From the NCBI GenBank assembly GCA_051362555.1, contig CM120641.1:43778401-43842400 (forward strand): DNA of 64,000 nucleotides, written 5' to 3'. Below the pieces are notes generated by a model. That model did not search any database. It had not been told where the DNA came from and saw only the letters and a list, made by a program, of their open reading frames with translations. Each line of letters starts with the position of its first letter. Position 1 is the first letter of the stretch. Shown here piece after piece: positions 10,580-23,300 of the stretch. The position numbers were made by a program, and so were the translations under genes. Origin of the DNA: Lingula anatina (taxonomy: Eukaryota > Animalia > Brachiopoda).

Positions 10580-11872
10580 GAAGAAATATATATTCACAGT
10601 AAAAAATCTTTTCTAATTCTCTTGCAATGGAAAACATGAAGAGACCATACAAAAAAAAATTACAATAATCTAAATCTGACACTAACAGTTGCATTTGAAC
10701 TTGATAATAATACGAACAGTCCTTCTTTATCTGAAGTTCCCCATCTACAGTTTCAAGCCTGAATGCAAGATGTATCTTGAAGAGAGGAAGGACATCTGAT
10801 CTCCAAGAGACCCCAGCTTGCAGTATTCACAAAAGAAAGCCCATTAGGGCTGGCTCCAAACTCAGGGTAGTCTGGGTTGATTAATAGTCCACAGGCCTCC
10901 ACTTTAAATTCAACATTTAAGGGTGACATATACTTCACATAATCTTTCCTTGGCACATTTCCCTTCTTTATTCCCCATTCTGTTGGTGCACTATGAAAAA
11001 ACTGGGGATAACACACAGATTTCACAACAGAAATAGAAGGGTTAGTCAAATCAGTGTGCACAACAGAGCACAACTTTGACGCTGTGATGCGGCCGAGTCG
11101 ATACTATCTCCAGTAAAGTGACTTTGTCTGTTCAACTGTACTCTCTGCTACATAACCTGCCTGAGCCTTAGTTATAGATATAGCAATACCTATTGTACAT
11201 TGAAGAATGTCCTCTATATTAGCAAAGTCTGGGTTTCTGACTGTACTGAATTCCATGGGTCATTGTCCAAGGAGAGCTTTCGGCCTAAATTTGTGAGCAA
11301 ACTGGGGATTTATTGCCAATACACTTGCATTACTCACATGAACCTGCAGTTCCTCAAAACAGTTACTCATTTCACTCTTTGTAGGGGACGAAAAATCATT
11401 CTTCAGCACCACATTACTGTTCATGTCTTCCATTTTTTTTATTCTTTTTGTCCCAGACTGGAAGTCCATGTCCTGGACATGCTTGTATGGCTCCTTTAGA
11501 TTACTGGAGGATGAAGCCACAAAGTATGCAGGCACATCAGTAACTGACTTTTCCTTCCTGACTCTAGTCCAGGTTTCCAGTGCAAAAAGCATTGATAAAA
11601 ACTAAGAGATTTGAAAAATGCCTACTCTTGTGAATGTAAATAAAAACAACATCAAATTGATTTTACAAAGTTATAATCTGAGTTTATTCAAAATGTTTTA
11701 ATACCTTAAATTTCAACAAGTGAAGACCATTCACTTTTTTGTGTAGGATGTCTTTCGCCCATCCATCCTGGAACAGTTTATAAGCTTTCAGTGACTTATA
11801 GTTCCTCATTTCCTCCTTAGAGCATGGTGACTTTTGAAAGATCAGAAAGTGAATTATGTCTACAATGTTCAC
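10580..11872 (-). pseudogene. YqaJ/lambda-exonuclease-like nuclease, degenerate (copy 2, divergent from copy 1)
   Basis: N-terminal DIIHFLIFQKSPCSKEEMRNYKSLKAYKLFQDGW, LFALETWTRVR..SVTDVPAYF, YRLGRITASKL, APTEWG, CGLLINPDYPEFGASPNG..GLLEIRCP, YYYQVQMQL..YCNF. Intron-like segment at ~11600-11705. Confidence 0.8.
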
Positions 11873-12100
11873 CTCTGGTCATGAGTCTTTGTTCCTGCTG
11901 TTGTGACTTTATTCACAATTATAGTGACTGGCTGTCTTTCCTTGGATATAACACCTCCTTTGAGAGCAGCCTTTGCTGGTATAGTTGCATCTTTATGCTT
12001 TTGTGTATCATAGTAAGTATTAACTGATGGTAAAATAACCTGCTCTTCTACCTTGCTCCCAGGCGTCATTATGTCATCATTAACAAAATCTACTTATGTC

Positions 12101-12240
12101 CTACTCAACTTTCAGCCAATTCTCTTCTATTTTCAACCTTTTCTTTTCCAGTGCTAACCGTTCCTCCTCTATTATAACCAAATGATTTTCTGTTTTGGCT
12201 TTCTCTGCCATCCAGCAAGATCTGTCCCCAACTCTTTTAG
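12101..12240 (-). pseudogene. Short coiled-coil coding fragment, resembling the C-terminus of MSANTD4/Harbinger Myb-like accessory proteins
   Basis: Translates KRVGDRSCWMAEKAKTENHLVIIEEERLALEKKRLKIEENWLKVE*. Only the ERL.LEK.RL.IEE pattern supports the call. Confidence 0.3.
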
Positions 12241-14315
12241 CCTTGACTTGGGTAGGACGTGCTTGTTTGGAGGCAGGCTGTTATACTCCCTCCTCTTTGT
12301 GCATTGAAGAATTCATTCTTTGTTTTTTGTTTTTTTTTTTGTTTTTTTTTTTGTTTTTTTTTCATTCCAAATACAAAGCCAGAAGATATGTCAGACACTT
12401 CAACCATGGACGTTTTTGCCCCCCCAATTTCCCACTCCCCCCTGACACACACTTTCAATTTCCATCAATATGCATATGATTTTTAGAAGTATAAGTAAAG
12501 ACAATTAGTCAGTCTTTTATTATATAATATTCAGATCACCTTAATGTCAAGGTCCTCTCATGATTACATCAAAAGTTGCAACATCAGTGTTATCTGACAT
12601 TGTTGTTGTCTGACTGATAAGGGTTTTCTTTTCTCTGATTGGTCAGGAATAGTGATGAAGTCTTTGGTCAATATTATGATTAGTGATTATGTCACAGGTC
12701 AACATTTACAGACCTTGGATTAACTGATATAAAATCATAGTCTATGCCAATATATAATATATGCAAAGTATATTGCACTTAGTTTATCAATATGTTACCT
12801 TCATGTTAACAATGCAAAGCACTAGTTGGTTCATCACTTGAACTCCATAAACAACACTAATAATAATAGAATTTAGCTGTTGATAGCTTAGTGATACCTA
12901 GCTTTGGGCAGAACCTCAGCAGCAAGAATATCACATCTCAGATACACTTTTCAGCTAATGTTGCTTTGAAATAATCTTAAATCTGGTGAAAATTTAGTTA
13001 TAATGTCTAATTTTTAATTATTAATATAGATGTAAGTTAAAGCTGTATATTAAAACAAGCGAGTTTTGGTTTGGTCCATTAGACAAAAATGTGTGGGTTA
13101 TGATATTTATTTTGTACCAAAAAAATAAAGAAAATAAAAACACTATTATAATCATCTGAACTGTCCCTTTTATTCTGTTAAATATAGGGCAGTGACATAT
13201 GTCACATTGCATAAATGTCATTTTTATCACATCTATGATAATGGATAACACTTCCACAAAAAGTATCGGAATAGAAACTACTACTTGAAGGCACCTTCAC
13301 CCACAACTACGAATGTACAAACAACAGAACTGTGCCAATGTAGAAACAAACAAAATGTACAAAGAAAAGTGAAAAAAAGAAAAGAAAAAAGCACATCATC
13401 TCCATACTTTTATACAAAAGTACTGGTCCTCTAATTCTTTGTAGTATATTAAACAAAAATATAACGGATATATTATTAAGTATCTACACTTGAAAACAAA
13501 TATTACAGTAGTTACAAATAAGTAGTATAGGCAGAACACTTGTAGACTTAACACAAATCCCATATCCATAACAAAAAAATATTTATTTGTTAAAATTCTC
13601 TTGAACAATATTGTGTATATTTGTTTTAATTGTCTAAATGCATGTGGTGCAGTGCTTAAATATAATAAACTTAGTGACATACTATTAATAAAACAAAAAA
13701 TAGAGATTTTAAGTGCATATTAAACTTATAATACAACATGAGATTTTTTAAATTATCATTTAATCAGACAAGTTATGAGATTATGAAAAAAGAAACGTGT
13801 CTGGCATAGATAAAAATTTCAGGCCCCATGATAAGCTCTTGTAATACCCTGCATTATTATATTGCTTCAAAATGCTCTGAGATTTTTAAAGAATTATTAT
13901 TGCTACAATACATCACAACTCTCCTGAATACTGTTACTGAGGTGTGTTTTCCAAAAATTCTGAAACCAGATATTCCTCTGCATATATTCTTATAATGGAC
14001 CCCTAAATAAGTAAAACTGCTATTCACCGGTATATGGGCAATAACCCCATAACTCTCAATTGTCCTAGAATCCAAATCACCAAATTCTGGCTTTTTACAT
14101 ACTTGCTTTAAGATCAGGAATTAAGTCTTGATTTAAAAAAAAAATGTACAAAGAATGTAAAGTAAATTGTAGATAAAGACAAATGCACCGTATGAGAGAT
14201 GCACCATTTCACAGTTGCATTTGTCTACGAAAGAGCCCTGACCTCTTCTTCACTAATATGTGATCAATCTGTATAAGACTTCAGTTGAGTTGTAAGTCCA
14301 CAGTAAATTTCTGTT

Positions 14316-17300
14316 CTACAGCTGCAAATCCCTGGCACCAGATGAAGGCTTGCACACGTAGAATGTCGGCTCCCCCTTGTATTTGCTCTGGGATAAAGAG
14401 ATAGTGGGTAGTACACATGTAGGATTGTTAACAGATAGATTTGATTACAAAAGGCGAGACATGATTCAAATTCCCAATTCTAAACATCTTTGCATACTTT
14501 TAGTTCTGACGAATAACTATTATCATGACATTTATCCAACATTACCTACAAAGCTATTGTGAGAAATAATTCAAATTTAATGTATGCTGTGCAACATAAA
14601 GGCCACAGAAAGAGGTGATTTTAATTCTCATTTCTAATTATCTTTGCACACTCAAGCTCAAACTGATATGGAAATTTATATTATATAATCATATTATAAA
14701 CCTTAACTAAATTTTTATCTCCTGATACCATTAGACTAAAATGGGTTTTGATTCACATTTTATCTGTTCCATACAGTATACAAGGCTACTGAAAGAATGA
14801 AAGTGATACAATTTTAATTCTCATTTCTACGCATACCTTTATATTCTGCATTGTTTTCTCTGCTGCATCAGACTTGACCAAGGTCACTGTGCAGCCTCCA
14901 AACCCACCCCCGGTCATCCGGGAACCATACACACCGTCCACTTCCAAGGCTGCTTCAACCAGCTGGTCCAGTTCTGGACATGAGACCTCATAATCATCTC
15001 TAAAATGTAAAACGTTGTGAGAAAACATTATTACAGACAAATGATAATAAACCACTGAAGAAGTAATTTGGTACATTTTTAGATATTTACATTATTTTCT
15101 TTTTACTTTTTGATTCCTGATTTAAAAACAAGTACAGTGTGTGTGTGTATTTCAGCCAATTATCAGACAAATCGGGGGACAAAACAAAGTATGAAACAAT
15201 GAGATATAAATAGATAAAATGTGATAAAAAACGATGCAACTAATCAAAAGAAAATACCAGTTTTGTGGAAAGTATCATCAGGGTTACCAATACACCAAAT
15301 ACGATAGAATTCTGGTGAAGTTGCTAAAACAGCTAACCTCAGAGAAATGTGACTTTCAACCATCAGCTTGCCGAACAAAACAAAGTCTCCATTCTCCAAT
15401 GCCTGGGCGCCCTCTTCAGTTCTGAGGTTCTCTTGGATCACGTGTCTGGCTCTACGGAAGACCACTTTGTCAAGCTCGTTCTTTGCAGCTATAAAGCATA
15501 ATTATTAGAAATACTAGTAGCATGCTAAGTAAATTTTTGTCTCTTTATTCAGATTTGTCAAGAAATAATCCGTAACATTACTGAGATTAATTTCCATTTA
15601 AAGTATTTTCAATAACATTTTCCCTCGAGCCACAACTTCATACTTTTCCTGTGGTTAGTAATGACACAGGTCATGATGTAACTGAGATATCTAACCGTTT
15701 AAAGTATTTCCAAAAAGTTGAAATTTTCCAAGGCCACAGCTTATTAAAAGGATCAAATTAAATTATTTGACTGGTTTTCTAACTCGGATATCACACAAAA
15801 CATATTATCCTTTTCAATATTTCTTCTTTTCAATGTTGTTTGGTTCAGTGGACTAGTGCTATTTCCTTTTTGGTAACCAAATATCTTGTAATTATCAGCC
15901 AAATCATTTATCTTGAGTTAAGGCAGTTACCATTTAGTAATGAGGTGACGTCAAGAATGTATTACCACTTCAGATGTTATCATGACTAAATGTTACACCA
16001 GTTGACTTAGTGATAATGAGTTGATAATTGAAAATGATGAAATTATTGGCAATAAATGAAAAATATCACCTTGAATGATTCACAAACACAAATCACAAAC
16101 TAATTTTTCAATCAAAAAATGTATATCTCCAGTTTTTGATCCTCACATTCAAGATCTTCCATGGTGGCATCCCTGAGGCTCTTCTTCCCCATCTTCTCAG
16201 CTGCTACTCCACACTGAGTTTTCCTTGTGGAGTACTCGCTGCCTGTCAGCTCATGGCGAACATTGGAATTAGTCACCAGGACAGTCAGGTTGGAATCTTT
16301 TAGCGGAACCAACTTTGACTCCAAATGTCTTCATGCAGGAGAGACAAAAAATATTTTATTATGCATGGAGGTGTTTGGGAGAAAAAATGATTGAAATTGA
16401 TTTCAAAGGATATTACATTGAGTATATAGTATCATATCCTGTAGATATTTCTCATATATATTCAAAACATGCATGTGTCAAATGTTTAGTACACACTCAC
16501 TAAGCTTGAAGCTATTAGCAGATATTTCTTATTATAATATTCAAGGTCAATCAATTTTGGGTCACATAATATCAAACAACATAGTATTTTAATACGATTG
16601 ACTTTAAACATGTAATACATTAAACATGTAACACGCATACCTACAATCTATCAACAAAGCATGCCCTTCCTTGGCCATCATAGACACAAACTGATCCATG
16701 ATTCCACAGGGAAGGCCTGCAAAATCATTCTCAGCCTTCTGACATGCTAAGGCTTTGGCTTTTTGGTCCATGTGGTTTGTGGAGGGGGAGAGCTGGTCAA
16801 GGAAAATGTATGTGGAGACCAGGAGAGCTGCAGAGCTGGACACTCCTCCACCCAGAGGCACTGAGCTGTGGATTATGGCATCAAATCCACTGAGATTTCC
16901 TGTAAAAATATCGTTTTAGTTGTTTTTAGTTCTCAGTTGCAATTAATTTTAAATATATATATATATTCTCTACTGAATGTTAAGACTCCATTAATTAATT
17001 TACTACTAGTTTCTTTGAGACCAAATACTTTGACTTCAGTAGCTGAGATTTCCCCACGATATAAAATTTAATTTAAACACTATTACAACTATGTACATAT
17101 ATGATCATTGTAAGTTGATAAGAAGCTGTTCAGTATATTGTTTTACATGCAATATCTTTAATATGAAAGTACAGTCACTTCACCAAAGGTAGGTATAGTA
17201 TATCATGCAGGTGCTTAACTATATAAATACACATTAAGAATAATAGCAACCTTCCTAGCCTATCACGTACAGATTTAAATATAGTTCAATCAATTAATCC

Positions 17301-20300
17301 AACAAATCTATTCACTTTCTGCATAATAAAATGCAGGAGTGGAAGCAGATTGCACTTCTTTGCCAATAAATTATATTCAGATATAACCAGTTTTTATTTC
17401 ATAAAATTACAAAATGATTTTAAAAATTCTAACAAAACTAAGGTTGGTTTTATTTCTGCAATATGAAGGGGAGGGAATAATAAACAGAACTTTACCTTTA
17501 AAATGGGATATAACTCCTTTGACATAATTTGCCCATAAAGGTTTCCCCCTCTGTAGTGGGTTGTCCTTTGTGGGCACAGGGAATGATATAGACTTTGGCT
17601 CATCTGCATGTTCTTGTGTGGTCACAATATTTATAATGCCTTTCTCAGTTTTGCTGCCAACAAATAAGGTAACCAGAGGTAAGGCCTAAAAAGAAGTTGT
17701 GAATAAATAAATGTTAATATTAATAATTATGAGATGGCTTAAATGTTATTTTTACTTAAATTTGCTTTTAATTAACAGTAATTTTATTTACAGATACATA
17801 AAAAGCCAGCGTCAATTCCCACTTACACATATAAACACTTCAACTAGCTTCTTATGCAACCAAAATAAAATTGACATTCCAAGTCATAAACAAAATATCT
17901 AGTTCAGCCATAAAATAGCTTTAAAGCTGCACCTTCACATTTCTGGGCGTAAATTGACCCATTTATCTGTTCCTCCAGTTCATAAAGGTCAGCGAAATGA
18001 TGAGTACTGCACGCCCATTGCATAAGTATTGCTCTTACTCCAATGTACTAGTAAATGTATGTGCCCACAACTGCATTTCTATTCAAATGAGACTACTGAG
18101 GGATATTTATAGTGCAGAGGACAACCAGAATATATATATATATCTCCATTCTACTATCATTTTACGGGAAATATGAAATAATGTCCTTTTGTATTTCTCT
18201 AGGCAATACAATATGAAACAATATGTTGGTGTTTGTTTGAGTTTCGCTGCAAACATTTGACTTAAGATGCATCTTTAATTTATTTGTTGCCATGCTTTAC
18301 AAGTTTTTTTTTTCTAAATGTTTTAAATCTTTCTTTTTTCACAAGGAATAAAGATCACATTCTATTTAGGCAGCATGTTTTGTATCATGTGGCACATGTA
18401 TATTTAGTTCTCTAATGCAAGGTAATGCATACTTCATAAAAAGATTAATGGTACGTCTGCCTTTTTATAGACTGGTAAAGTCGGTTATGTTAGAGCCATA
18501 CGTATAATTCATTAATTTACTATACAGTATACATGCTTTCCTACATGTGTATTATAACCACCCTGGGTTTCAGTGGCTACTCTATAGCGGATGTCAGGGT
18601 CAATTCCTATTAAAACTTTTGTTCTTTGTAAAAAATAAAACTATTGTTCTACGTACATAGATCCAGCTCTGCAGGGACTCTAGCTGAATGCAATCAGATT
18701 AACAGATTAACAAACCCCTTCTTGTTTCCAACTTACTTGTCTAATCAGGGATCGATGACAGAGAAGAAATGTCAAAGTTTCAAGCCAAAAAGGGGGGGGG
18801 GGGTATATTTAAGGAGGAATTAAAGAAAGTGATAAAATCAATGAAGGATGCGAAGGCAACTGCACTAGATGAACTACCAGCAGAAGCGCTTAAAAGCCCT
18901 TGATGAGGATTATATTGATGTTAACATTATAACCTATTTGTGTAACACCATCTACAGCAGTGGAATAATCCTAACTGAAATGAAACACTCAATATTTGTG
19001 ACTCTTGAAGAAACTAAAGCCCAACATTGTACTGAATTAAGAACAATAATTTTAATGAGTTATAATATTAAAAGTTTTTATTGAAAGTAATACAGCAAAG
19101 AATAGCAGACAAAATTAAATCTAAGAAAATTAACTATTTTTGACCACATCATAAGAAAAGATTATTTGCAGTGGTTGCTACTGAAAGGAAAGTTAAATTG
19201 GAAAAGACCAAGAACAACATGGATGGACAACATAAAAGAATGGACTTATCAAAAATAATAATAATAATAATAATAATATTTATTTCTTAAAACCGCACTA
19301 CACTAGCGTCTCAGTGCTGTTTACAGGTAAAATTATTAGGATTACAACTTATTATATATATAATAAAAGCTAAGGTTAAAAAAAAAAAACAATTAAAATA
19401 ATTAAAACTTTTTTCTGATAAAATGAGAAGATATTAATTAAAATACTGTGCAAATAAGAATGTTTTTAAATCTTTTTTAAAAACCTCAACACTGTCAATA
19501 GTCCGAATGTGTGAGGGTAATTGATTCCATAAAATTGGTGCTGAAATTGAAAATGCCCTGTGGCCGTAGGTTTTGGTTGTTTTTTATTATCATTTCTGAT
19601 AAAACAAGGAGTGGAGGTGGATCTGGTAGACCTGGTGAGACTGGGTGTACTTGGATGTAGCATCGAGTTAAAATATGAGGGGCATTCACCTCTAGTGAAT
19701 TTAAAAACAAACAACAGTAATTTAAAAACAATTCTCTGTCGTACAGGAAGCCAATATAGTTCGAATAAAATGGGTGAAATGTTTGATCTGAGAGGGATTT
19801 TGGTCAGTAGTCGTGCTGCAGCATTTTGGACAGATTGCAATTTTTCAATTTGATAGGTAGGAAGACCATACAGTAAACTGTTTCCGTAGTCAAGATGTGA
19901 AGTTATAAAGGCATGGACAAGCCTCTCCATTTGACTTTTATCAAGGATGTGGGATAGTTTGGAAATTTTTTTAAGACCATAGAAAGCGGCTTTGCATTTT
20001 TTGCTGATGTCGGCAGCCATATCGCACCTATTATCAAAAATTACTCCAAGGTTTTTAACCTCATCTTTTACCGTGACTGTACTGTTTCCAATTTCTAATA
20101 GTTCTAGTTTTTCCGCATCCTTAGAAAAACGAAATATAGTGAAAGTATACTAATGACACAAGATATTGTACACAGGCATGGCGATCCTCGACAGCCAACC
20201 TGCTGATCATGAGAGTCATATGGAGAATGGATGGCACCCAATGATGATGACATTATATTAATATATTAAAAAATAAATATAGCTAAAACATATAATACCA

Positions 20301-23300
20301 ATACAGGCAAATACATCATCTGTCTTCCTTCATGTAGAAATACATTACTAATTATTTCATGTCATATTACATATGTGGGCATATCAACTAATCTTAATAA
20401 AATTTTCATTGCTGCCAATCTCTGGACTACTGCTGCAGGGAAATAACAACCCATATAAATTGAATTTACAACATATAGATATTTTTCATCATAATCTGAT
20501 CTCATGAAGATTTAACATACATAGAGTTTCTCCACTACACTCTGAACCTACTCTCCCATTTTCTGGTTTCAAACCAGCACACTGAAGCATGTGGGTTGCA
20601 GCATTTGAACCAATAGATAGGGCAAGATTTAACAGCATGCTTTAAATATCCCCATGTGAATGTTGCAGTCAATTTTCACAACCATTATTGAAGATTTAAA
20701 ACACTTGTAGCATGGGAACATTTGCCCAGAACTTTTTGATTACACAGGCCCGTAGCCAGGGGGGTTCGAAAGAACCCCCCTTTTGCAGGGAATAGGTCCC
20801 CTCTGGGTGAAGTTTAATTAAGGTACATGAAAGTTTCATGGTAAAAGGTCCACTTTTTCAGAAAAAGAACCCCCCCTTTTGAAATTTCTGGCTACGGGCC
20901 TGTTACAACTTGGTGCCCTTTTGAAATTTCTGGCTACGGGCCTGTTACAACTTGGTGAACCTCAGTTTTTAGGGCGTAAATGTATTTATAGTGGCCTGGG
21001 TGTGGATTACACATATGATATAATCAAATTACAGCTGGTTATTTAAGTGAGCAGCTGGGAATTCAATATACCTGTCTGACTGACCAGCAGTCTAGCACAC
21101 TGAACTGGCCTAAATATAAAGGCTTGACCTGGTCACTGCTGTGATATTCTGCACAAATACAGTTGCCCAATGTTCACTGTCTGGTGAAAATCTGGTGCAA
21201 GTATCCAAAGTTTGTTGGTGTGTGTCATAATTAACATGTAACAATATAACTGTATTGCCTGTATTACAAGAAATTAAAAAGATTAATTAAATTTGTGCCT
21301 GGGTTTATTTAAGATATTATAATACCTAACTGTCTACTTATTCATGATGAATTGTTATGGTATCGAGCTCTTAACCTTTTGAAAATTGTTTTTTACTACG
21401 TACTGTGGAGACAATGGCAGACTCACATATGTCTGCAGTCCCTTAATTGTGCCAGAAGTAAAGGATATTAATGCAAACTAGAAAAGTACTCAGAAAGTGA
21501 AGACCTTCAAAGCAGCTCAATTCTCATTAATATTAATTAACTGTTAGTTATTTATCTTAACTATCATTACTGATTAGCTATTAATTATCTACTCCATTAG
21601 CTAAATTATCATTATTTATCTATTAAATCATCAGTTATTAATTATAAGTTTATGGATAATAATCTCCTATAAACACTGTGCACAATAGATTAACATTGTT
21701 TATTTTTTATTATTTATTAATTTAACAGACACTTCTTGATTTGCTAAAATCCTAATAAGATTCAAGTTTATTAACTGTAAAAATAAATATATTTTCTTCA
21801 CTGGTGCTGTTTTTATATTCATTTAAAGTGTGACTGAAGTGGCAATGAAACTAACTGCTACTTAAACTAGAGGCCCTTCCAAAGGAGATGAGGTATAGAA
21901 TTTGTTTAAATGTCATGCTTGCCCTACCTATATATATATATCAAGTATACATATAGAGACCGTCTATGACGGCAACATCTTGGAATACATTAGCATTTAT
22001 CCTAGATTAATGAATGAATGCCTGTCTGAAAACAGCAAGAGGAGACAGATAAATGGTTATTTCTTTGACCTTTGAAATGTGCCTTTGAAATGTGTGGGTT
22101 GGCATGAATACCCTGTTCATTGATGACTTTCTTTGAAGCATGATAAACAAAATTCCATGTTAGAGGGCACTCAGAACAAGTTGGTCCCCAGACTAAATAT
22201 GGCCGACTCACTTAAAAGCAGTGCCAACTAATTCCCTGCTGACATCTAACAGGATCGGTCCATCTCCATGGGGTTTCCTGCTGAATTGCTTTCAGCTTAG
22301 TGGCTAAGATGTCTGGGATGCCTACGTAAGCTGCTGTAGGATAGTTAATTACCCCCTAACAGCTTCAGTAGGCGTGACAGACATCTAGGCCGCTTAAGTT
22401 AATTGCAATGAAGCGAGAATCCCCAAGGATTTGATTTAAAGTTAGTACGATAACTCTGGGAATGGTCTCTTAGTCTGTTAGATCTGTTAGACCATCAGGG
22501 GTTTAAGCAGCTCTGCTTTCAAGTGGGGTCAGCCATATTTAGTCCGCAGATATGTCCGCATATCATCTGTTCTGAATGTGCTCTTATATAACATTTACTC
22601 CTAAAGGCAAATAGTGCCAGTACTGAGTAGGTAAGGTGCGTTAAGGGATATAAGTATGGCTTATCTAAAAGTTAAAGGAAGCAAATTGCATAAGGTGCAC
22701 TAAGGGCTTAAACGTGGCTTATCTACAAGTTAAAGGCAGCTGATTAGATAACAATTTACTATACCGAAGCTACGCAATATATGTATCCCTTATTTCAGTC
22801 CAAAATTTCAAATTAAGGATTTGAACCAAAGTTTAAGAATATGGCTCTAAGTATGGCAAATATAAAAAACGCTTGTTAAGAAAACTGATACAGAATTTTC
22901 TTTTTAAAGATAATTTTAAAGACAAAAATTTGTGAAATAATCATAAATGTCGCTTTTATATTTGAATTCACCCACACTTGATGCTGGAATGTCAAAATGA
23001 AACCACAAGGATGTTATCAGTGTGGTTAATTATTTTGTTTGAGTACAAGTACTTGTCTAGACATTCCAGGCTCACACGCTGATGTCTAAAACATGTAGAT
23101 CTAAAACTACATGTATTTACTCTTATTGGAGCAGAGGAAAATATTAAAAACCTTTCATGGCAATTGATACTAGATTTGTTTTTGATCACTTGCCAAGTTG
23201 GGTAGAGTCAATTTGTTTGTGTGTGTGTGTGTGTGTGTGAGGTATTACATTGGCAATGGTCAGGTTTGGCAATCAAAAAGTCAGTCATGTACTCTCGGAA

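Noticed and set aside
12237-12486. Lys/Gln- or Phe-rich short ORFs
   Set aside because: Driven by a T-rich low-complexity tract at ~12320-12362.
16810-16860. GALK1 ATP-loop variant [12 protein letters not shown] instead of GGGLSSSASLEV
   Set aside because: These positions vary among GHMP kinases, and the catalytic Arg (GRVNLIGEH) and Asp (MDQ) are intact. No evidence of inactivation.
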